A stretch of DNA of 13,379 nucleotides from Cyanobacteria bacterium P01_A01_bin.123 (GTDB taxonomy: Bacteria; Cyanobacteriota; Cyanobacteriia; Phormidesmidales; Phormidesmidaceae). The stretch lies in assembly GCA_039815185.1 (NCBI GenBank), contig JBCBZT010000099.1:1-13379 (forward strand), read 5' to 3'. Below, one piece after another: positions 8,616 to 13,379 of this stretch (its first letter is position 1; every line of letters begins with the position of its first letter). The notes under the pieces were generated by a model that was not told the origin of the DNA, did not search any database, and was given only the letters and a program-made list of their open reading frames with translations. The position numbers and the translations under genes were made by a program.

Positions 8616-9374
8616 TTAGGATTCAAGCCCCGGCAAAGACTCACTGAGCAAGAGAACACTGCCTTCACCCTCCCTAAGTCTGACAATGATCAGGTAGCGA
8701 AGCATTTCGCCTTGTAACATTTGGTACGCCCGTCCGGCAGGAAAGTTTTCTTGGGGCTGGAGATCAAAGCCTGTGTTGCTGGTGAGTTCGGGCATGACCA
8801 CATCTTCAAAAACCTGTTCAGGTGTTTTCCCAGGGAAGTGAAAAAAGGAGGCAACTTCGAACTTGGGCTGATTGTTTTCATCAAAGAATTGATTGGCCGG
8901 TCTTGACTCTCCGAAGTTGCTAAGGATTTCAGGTAGTGAGAATCCAAAGCCTTCATCCTTGCTCTCAAGATAACCCGCTAATTGCGCCCACTCCGCTTCG
9001 ACTTGGGCCTCATCGGCAGGCGTGACTGAATTGGGCGTTGAAGGGCCCGCTGAAGGCGTTGTTGCAGAGACGGCATCTGAATAGGCGGTTGCGTCGGGTG
9101 CAGGCTCATCGATAGGTATATTACTCGTCTCAGTGATAGGGGCATCTAGTGCGGGCGGGCTGGAAGGGACTGATGGCAAGGGCTGAGACTCTGATGCTGG
9201 TGGCGTTGGTAGCTGGCTTGCGTCAACTACAGAAATTGGACTTGCTGGGGTTGAGGACGCCGCCACAGGGCGAGACTTTTCTTGCCATGGTTCTTGCCAC
9301 GGCAAGAGGGCTAACAAACTGTGTAGCAGTATGGAGATGAAAAGTAGAGCACCGCGATCGCGCTTTTTGTCCAT
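8616..9374 (-). CDS. Hypothetical membrane-anchored protein with Pro/Ser/acidic linker
   Basis: 252-aa ORF with an N-terminal hydrophobic segment LLFISILLHSLLALLPW, a low-complexity P/S/A/T region and a globular-looking acidic C-terminus. Co-oriented with the ATPase, just upstream of it. Confidence 0.75.
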   Translation of the reverse strand: MDKKRDRGALLFISILLHSLLALLPWQEPWQEKSRPVAASSTPASPISVVDASQLPTPPASESQPLPSVPSSPPALDAPITETSNIPIDEPAPDATAYSDAVSATTPSAGPSTPNSVTPADEAQVEAEWAQLAGYLESKDEGFGFSLPEILSNFGESRPANQFFDENNQPKFEVASFFHFPGKTPEQVFEDVVMPELTSNTGFDLQPQENFPAGRAYQMLQGEMLRYLIIVRLREGEGSVLLLSESLPGLES

Positions 9375-9409
9375 AGCAGTGCAGGCTAAACAATCCCAAA
9401 ATCTAGTCG

Positions 9410-9438
9410 TTGACAGGCTAAACGGCTAGATTTACACT
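9410..9438 (+). promoter_or_regulatory. Sigma70-type promoter of the metal-binding protein gene
   Basis: TTGACA (9410-9415), 17-nt spacer, TACACT (9433-9438). Confidence 0.75.
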
Positions 9439-9450
9439 AGCAGACTAATG

Positions 9451-9471
9451 TGATAATGATAATCGTTATCT
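9451..9471. promoter_or_regulatory. Two overlapping Zur (FurB)-like boxes
   Basis: TGATAATGATAATCG (9451-9465) and TGATAATCGTTATCT (9457-9471), each 2 mismatches from the cyanobacterial Zur consensus TGATAATnATTATCA. Both lie just downstream of the -10 element. Confidence 0.75.
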
Positions 9472-9506
9472 ATGCCCCACTCTTACCGTCTGTAAAACGA
9501 TAGCCC

Positions 9507-10736
9507 ATGAAACTTTCTTTTCGCCTATTCACTGCGCTTGCTGTCCTCGGCGGAGCCTCCACGCTGCTTCTGGGTAATCAGGCCGCCCGCAGTCAGACCA
9601 GCCCTCAAGTAGTGGCGAGCTATAGCGTATTGTGCGATCTCACTCAGCAAATCGCTCAAGACACCGTGGATGTAACCTGCCTCATAGAAGCGGGTGAAGA
9701 CCCCCACCTCTACAACGCCACCCCTTCTGATAGGCGAGCCATTGAAACCGCCGATCTGGTTCTGTATGGTGGCTACGGGTTCGAGCCAGACATTATTCAA
9801 ATGGTCGAGTCAACAGACGGCGACGCCCCTCAAATTGCCGTTTCTGAAGTTGCCGTTACCGACCCGCTCTTAGGTGAAGCTCACGATCATGGTAGCCATG
9901 GTGAAGAAGGCCATGATGACCACGATGACCACGATGACCATGGCCACGATGACCATGATGACCACGATGACCATGGTGAAGAAGACCATGATGACCACGA
10001 TGACCATGGCGATGAAGACCATGATGACCACCATGACCATGGCGAAGAAGATCATGGTGCCCATAATGAGCATGGTGAAGAAGACCATGATGACCACCAC
10101 GATGAGCATGGCGATGAAGACCATGATGACCACGATGATCACGATGACCATGGTGAAGAAGGTACTGCACCCGATCCGCATGTCTGGCACGATGCAGAAA
10201 ATGGCATTGCGATGATCCGCGTTATCCAAGCGGAGCTCAGTGAAGTTTCTCCTGACAACGCCGACCTTTACCAAGCCAATGCAGAGGCCCTAATCGCTCA
10301 GCTCACTCAGCTCGATAGTTGGATTCAGCAACAGGTAGCCACGGTTCCCGAATCGCAGCGAGTCCTTGTGACAACCCACGATGCACTGGGCTACTACGCC
10401 GATGCCTATGGCATTCGCATTGAGGCTGCTTTGGCAAGCTTTAGTACCGAGGCTCGTCCGTCAGCCGCTGACCTCAGAGAACTGATCGATCTTGTCGAAG
10501 ACAGCAACATACCCACTGTCTTTATAGAGTCAACTAGCAACCCTGGACTGATTGAAGCGGTTTCTAGGGAAACAGATATTGGCATTTCAGAAGAGCCTCT
10601 TTACGCCGACGGCTTAGGAGAAGCTGGCACACCCGCAGCGACCTATACAGGCATGCTGATGACCAATACCTGCAATATTGTCACCGGTCTGGGTGGCACA
10701 TGCAACGGAGCTGCAGCACAGGCATTTCTGGAATAA
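9507..10736 (+). CDS. znuA: Zn ABC transporter substrate-binding protein (cluster A-I) with long His/Asp-rich loop
   Basis: N-terminal signal peptide; DPHLY, DPHVW, THDALGY and YADGL ligand motifs (His/His/His/Asp); ~90-aa HDD repeat loop. Confidence 0.9.
   Translation: MKLSFRLFTALAVLGGASTLLLGNQAARSQTSPQVVASYSVLCDLTQQIAQDTVDVTCLIEAGEDPHLYNATPSDRRAIETADLVLYGGYGFEPDIIQMVESTDGDAPQIAVSEVAVTDPLLGEAHDHGSHGEEGHDDHDDHDDHGHDDHDDHDDHGEEDHDDHDDHGDEDHDDHHDHGEEDHGAHNEHGEEDHDDHHDEHGDEDHDDHDDHDDHGEEGTAPDPHVWHDAENGIAMIRVIQAELSEVSPDNADLYQANAEALIAQLTQLDSWIQQQVATVPESQRVLVTTHDALGYYADAYGIRIEAALASFSTEARPSAADLRELIDLVEDSNIPTVFIESTSNPGLIEAVSRETDIGISEEPLYADGLGEAGTPAATYTGMLMTNTCNIVTGLGGTCNGAAAQAFLE
9882..10151 (+). 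repeat. Tandem GATGACCA(C/T) 9-nt and higher-order repeats encoding the His/Asp loop
   Basis: Repeated gatgaccac/gatgaccat units with ggtgaagaa/ggcgatgaa spacers; 29 His counted by hand. Confidence 0.95.
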
Positions 10737-10744
10737 ATAGTATC

Positions 10745-10945
10745 ATTTTGGTCTTGCTGCTGGGTGCGATGGCCGTTGGTGTAGCCGCCCCAAAGGGGCT
10801 AGGCCGGTCTCTGACCATCGCACTGCACCAAATTGCCTATGGGTTAGTGCTCATAGGCAGCTTTAGTCTGGGCCTGGCATCGGTACTCAGGACTCTGGGG
10901 TTAGCTGCCGTTTATGGACGACAGTGGCTCGAAAGTTTCCCTATG
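10745..10945 (+). pseudogene. C-terminal fragment of an RcnA/NicO-like Ni/Co transporter
   Basis: After removing a 48-bp insertion the frame reads LVLLLGAIALHQIAYGLVLIGSFSLGLASVL..LGL.AVYGRQWLE, resembling the post-PCP helices of RcnA-type transporters. The N-terminal part is absent and the fragment abuts the truncated toxin. Confidence 0.55.
10766..10821. repeat. Small dispersed repeat inserted into a HIP1 site
   Basis: GCGAT-GGCCGTTGGTGTAGCCGCCCCAAAGGGGCTAGGCCGGTCTCTGACC-ATCGC, with terminal IR TGCGATGG/CCATCGCA and an internal GCCCC-AAA-GGGGC hairpin. Removing 48 bp restores GCGATCGC in frame. Confidence 0.7.
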
Positions 10946-11200
10946 TGCAATAGCATTGGCTTCCCCAGCATCTAGTCCTCGTTCTTGTTGCAGTTGGTTA
11001 GCGAGTTGGGAATTGGTGAGGGGTTGGGTTTGAATCCAGCCCAGTTGGAGAATGGCTGGAATAGTAGGATTGCTGGCAGCGGATAATTCGCTGGCAACAA
11101 CGTCAGGAATAATCACAGTTTGGTAGATGGATTCTAGCAGCCAGAGATAATCAACAATGGCAAGATTGGAGAGGGCAGAGGTGTCACTGACAATGATCAC
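10901..11200 (-). pseudogene. DUF3368 PIN-like toxin, 3'-truncated
   Basis: MIIVSDTSALSNLA...IIPDVVASEL...GLDAGEANAIA, then unrelated sequence from ~10945. The expected downstream LIDE..GR motif is missing. The GTG start overlaps the antitoxin TGA. Confidence 0.75.
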
Positions 11201-11448
11201 AACCAGCCCCGATCACGCAGATGCTGAACATCCTGTTCAAAATCTTCTACATCGTAGTGAACACAAATGCCGCGATCTGCCAGTAGCTTTTGAAAGTCCA
11301 TAATTTCTACCCCAGCAATTTTACTGGCGCGGCTGAGGGAAATCCGCTCTTGCTGAAACAGGGCAATAGCAATTTCCCGGAACCAATCACTCTGATTAAA
11401 GGTTTCGGCTTGGCTGAGGTTATCAGGTAGGTTCAGGGTAATTTGCAT
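11197..11448 (-). CDS. UPF0175 family antitoxin-like protein
   Basis: REIAIALFQQERISLSRASKIAG...FQKLLADRGI..HYDVEDFEQD pattern. ATG at 11448 has a GAGGG RBS. Coupled to the DUF3368 gene. Confidence 0.85.
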   Translation of the reverse strand: MQITLNLPDNLSQAETFNQSDWFREIAIALFQQERISLSRASKIAGVEIMDFQKLLADRGICVHYDVEDFEQDVQHLRDRGWL

Positions 11449-11882
11449 CAGCTTGCCCTCACGCACTTAGCTTTTAATTCTAGGTCTGGTTAGTGCACAC
11501 TCAATATTGCTCATACTAAACCATGATCCTTTGCGGATTTTGGCGGTATGTCTGAAGATTACGATTGGAGCTGAAGTTATGCAGCGGCTGTCAGTCGTGA
11601 GCGCTTTCGCTACGGTCTGCATCGGGTTGGGTCTAACAACAGCAGCGATGGTGGGATAAGGGGCATTCACCCTGCTCCACCCCCGACTCAGATTCACTGC
11701 ACTCCAGCCAAAATGTCGCATTGCAGACGTCGTTTCTTCTTAGATATGTTTCCTTAAAGGGGTAGCGTTTTTGCTGTAGCATGCGGGTTCGTTGAAGGTT
11801 TACTATCACACTCTGGAATTCTTCGGCCTTTGTGAACCTCGTGCGGTACAGGAAGTTGAATCTTAAAGACTTTAACCTTTCC

Positions 11883-11955
11883 CTCTAACGCTCCGCATCA
11901 GCGGCGCGCTGCTCGCGTAGCGAGTGGTGCGTCCGACTGCATGCGCTTGTTAGGC
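11883..11955 (-). mobile_element. Integron attC site (73 bp)
   Basis: Minus strand: GCCTAAC AAGCGCATGCAGTCGGACGCACCACTCGCTACGCGAGCAGCGCGCCGCTGATGCGGAGC GTTAGAG. R'' contains the gene's TAA stop. The bottom (+) strand forms a long stem with three extrahelical bases (C,A,T) and G-T pairs. Confidence 0.88.
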
Positions 11956-12393
11956 AGCAGAAAAGCGCGATAGTAAGTCATGAGGACAATCTATTGCTTT
12001 TGTCAAAATACTCCATTTCTGGTCTTTGCCGCCATCCATTAATCCTAATATTGACATGTATGTCTTTAGAGTTCTTCCAATCGCAACTTCTATTTCTCTT
12101 AGAGTCCTTTCGCATTTACCGGACATCGAAATAGTTGAAAACGTCCATCGTTCATCTTTATTTCGAAACTCAAAGTCTATTTCGATTTTGCCTTCATCAA
12201 CCTTTGCAAACGTGTAGCTGGCTAGATCACTACACTCTAGAATTGTATAAATTACCTCATCAACATCGCCTGAAAATTTCTTGGGTGGATCAGTAGGGCC
12301 AAGATGCGAAATTTCAAAACCTTTCAATAATTTGAAAAGTTTGCGAATCTCAACCTCATCCGGATGCTGAATGTATATGTAGAGGACGAACAT
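11950..12393 (-). CDS. Hypothetical protein (AT-rich gene cassette)
   Basis: 147-aa ORF from ATG 12393 (the track starts at TTG 12414). The stop lies within the attC R'' box, typical of cassettes. No family recognised. Confidence 0.7.
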   Translation of the reverse strand: MFVLYIYIQHPDEVEIRKLFKLLKGFEISHLGPTDPPKKFSGDVDEVIYTILECSDLASYTFAKVDEGKIEIDFEFRNKDERWTFSTISMSGKCERTLREIEVAIGRTLKTYMSILGLMDGGKDQKWSILTKAIDCPHDLLSRFSAA

Positions 12394-12527
12394 GATTTGC
12401 CGCCTACTAAGCAACTAAAACTAATCAGCGTTTTGAATTGCCAATTGTCGCCATATGGTTGACGGTTTCTTCCACCTTGAAGGTGCATCAGCGCGTGGAA
12501 TGCTAACTATTTATTCAAGGTCAGATC

Positions 12528-12706
12528 TGATACATAAGATCCATACTTCCAGATCTTATCCGTCACTTTTAAGTAATAACATCCTCATCTACAGAACTTA
12601 TAGGCAACTTTTGACGTATATCTCCAGGAATCCAGGGTGTTATCTGTCATATCTGACAGTTAAGTATGGGGAATAGAGCTCTTATCAGTCACTTTTGCCC
12701 GATAAG
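12528..12706. repeat. Cluster of TTATCnGTCA direct and inverted repeats
   Basis: TCTTATCCGTCACTTTT (12554-12570), TCTTATCAGTCACTTTT (12680-12696), and TTATCTGTCA (12640-12649) with its inverted partner TGACAGTTAA (12654-12663). Confidence 0.6.
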
Positions 12707-13001
12707 CAGTCCTATGAGGGAGTTATACAGCATCCATCATGGCACCCTTAAGCCGCCACGTTCGCTCAATCAATAGAAGGAGACAGATACAGGCAGGGCA
12801 CCACCCAATCCGCCCCTGTCTGACCCACTTAAAGCCTTTCCGTTGGGTCGTTTCGATCCATATCCACAGTTCTCCTCCACTTCCGTCAGCAGCCACATAA
12901 TCCTCAGGGCATGGACTTGCGCTGAGTGCCCTGGCTAGGGAGGACTGACGCCACTGGTCTGCCCGCGTAACCGTGACCTAAAAGCCCCTAGACTGAAGCT
13001 G

Positions 13002-13016
13002 TGATAATGATTATCA
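13002..13016. promoter_or_regulatory. Perfect Zur box
   Basis: TGATAATGATTATCA, a perfect 7-1-7 palindrome 32 nt upstream of the GTG at 13049. Confidence 0.88.
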
Positions 13017-13048
13017 TTCTAATAGTCTCATCATCCGGATAAACTAAC

Positions 13049-13379
13049 GTGAGCCAACCCAAAACGGATCTGTCCTATGACGTTGTGATTGTTGGCGCGG
13101 GAGCTGCTGGCATAGGCTGTGGCGTTGTGCTCAAAGAGCTGGGGCTGGAGCGCTTTACGATTTTAGAAAGACACCAGGTCGGAGCCTCCTTTAGCCGTTG
13201 GCCCCAGGAGATGAACTTCATCACCCCGTCATTCCCCAGCCATGGTTTTGGCCTGCTCGACCTGAATGCCGTGACCTTGAAGACTTCGCCTGCGATCGCA
13301 TTTCACCGTGAGCACGTCAGCGGCAAGCAGTACGCGCTGTACTTGCAAACCGTTGCCGATCACTTTGAGCTGCCGATCC
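13049..13379 (+). CDS. NAD(P)/FAD-dependent oxidoreductase (Pyr_redox_3/CzcO-like; 5' part, runs off the right edge)
   Basis: Not in the ORF track. GTG start: MSQPKTDLSYDVVIVGAGAAGIGCGVVLKELGLERFTILERHQVGASFSRWPQEMNFITPSF..., with the Rossmann GxGxxG motif and a downstream acidic residue. Confidence 0.88.
   Translation, partial: MSQPKTDLSYDVVIVGAGAAGIGCGVVLKELGLERFTILERHQVGASFSRWPQEMNFITPSFPSHGFGLLDLNAVTLKTSPAIAFHREHVSGKQYALYLQTVADHFELPI

Noticed and set aside
9856..10274. Met/Thr-rich, His/Gly/Arg-rich and Val/Ile/Met-rich ORFs; also CRISPR-like periodicity
   Set aside because: These are alternative frames of the His/Asp repeat. There are no unique spacers, so it is not a CRISPR array.
11577..11637. 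Hairpin ATGCAG...CTGCAT with nearby GTTAGAC/ACCCAAC as a fourth attC
   Set aside because: The core boxes are not arranged as RYYYAAC...GTTRRRY around the stem on either strand; at best a degenerate remnant.
11467..11721. 84-aa minus-strand ORF
   Set aside because: No recognisable motif or convincing RBS; not supportable as a gene.
12455..12676. 73-aa plus-strand ORF
   Set aside because: It overlaps the AT-rich repeat cluster and has no recognisable features.

Overview
Cyanobacterial-type DNA (eight intact HIP1 octamers GCGATCGC) built around a Zur-regulated Zn/Mn ABC uptake locus: permease, ATPase, a very His-rich binding protein, and a Zur-box-preceded FAD oxidoreductase. Foreign DNA interrupts the locus at several points. 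(1) A 4,476-bp transposase-less element (3354-7829) has ~49-bp imperfect terminal inverted repeats and a 5-bp AAGCT direct repeat. It sits exactly between the convergent permease and ATPase stop codons and carries a Trypco1/CU044_2847-like small gene plus a caspase-nSTAND NTPase-pentapeptide gene, a probable conflict/cell-death module. (2) Three integron attC sites occur with no integrase in the window: a two-cassette array (SAM methyltransferase, DUF2200) leading into a selO/ydiU gene that the ORF track misses, and a lone cassette near 11.9-12.4 kb. (3) There is also a decayed RcnA/NicO-like transporter fragment with a small repeat inserted into a HIP1 site, a truncated DUF3368/UPF0175 toxin-antitoxin pair, and a res-like repeat cluster. 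All family assignments come from motif recognition by eye; no searches were run.
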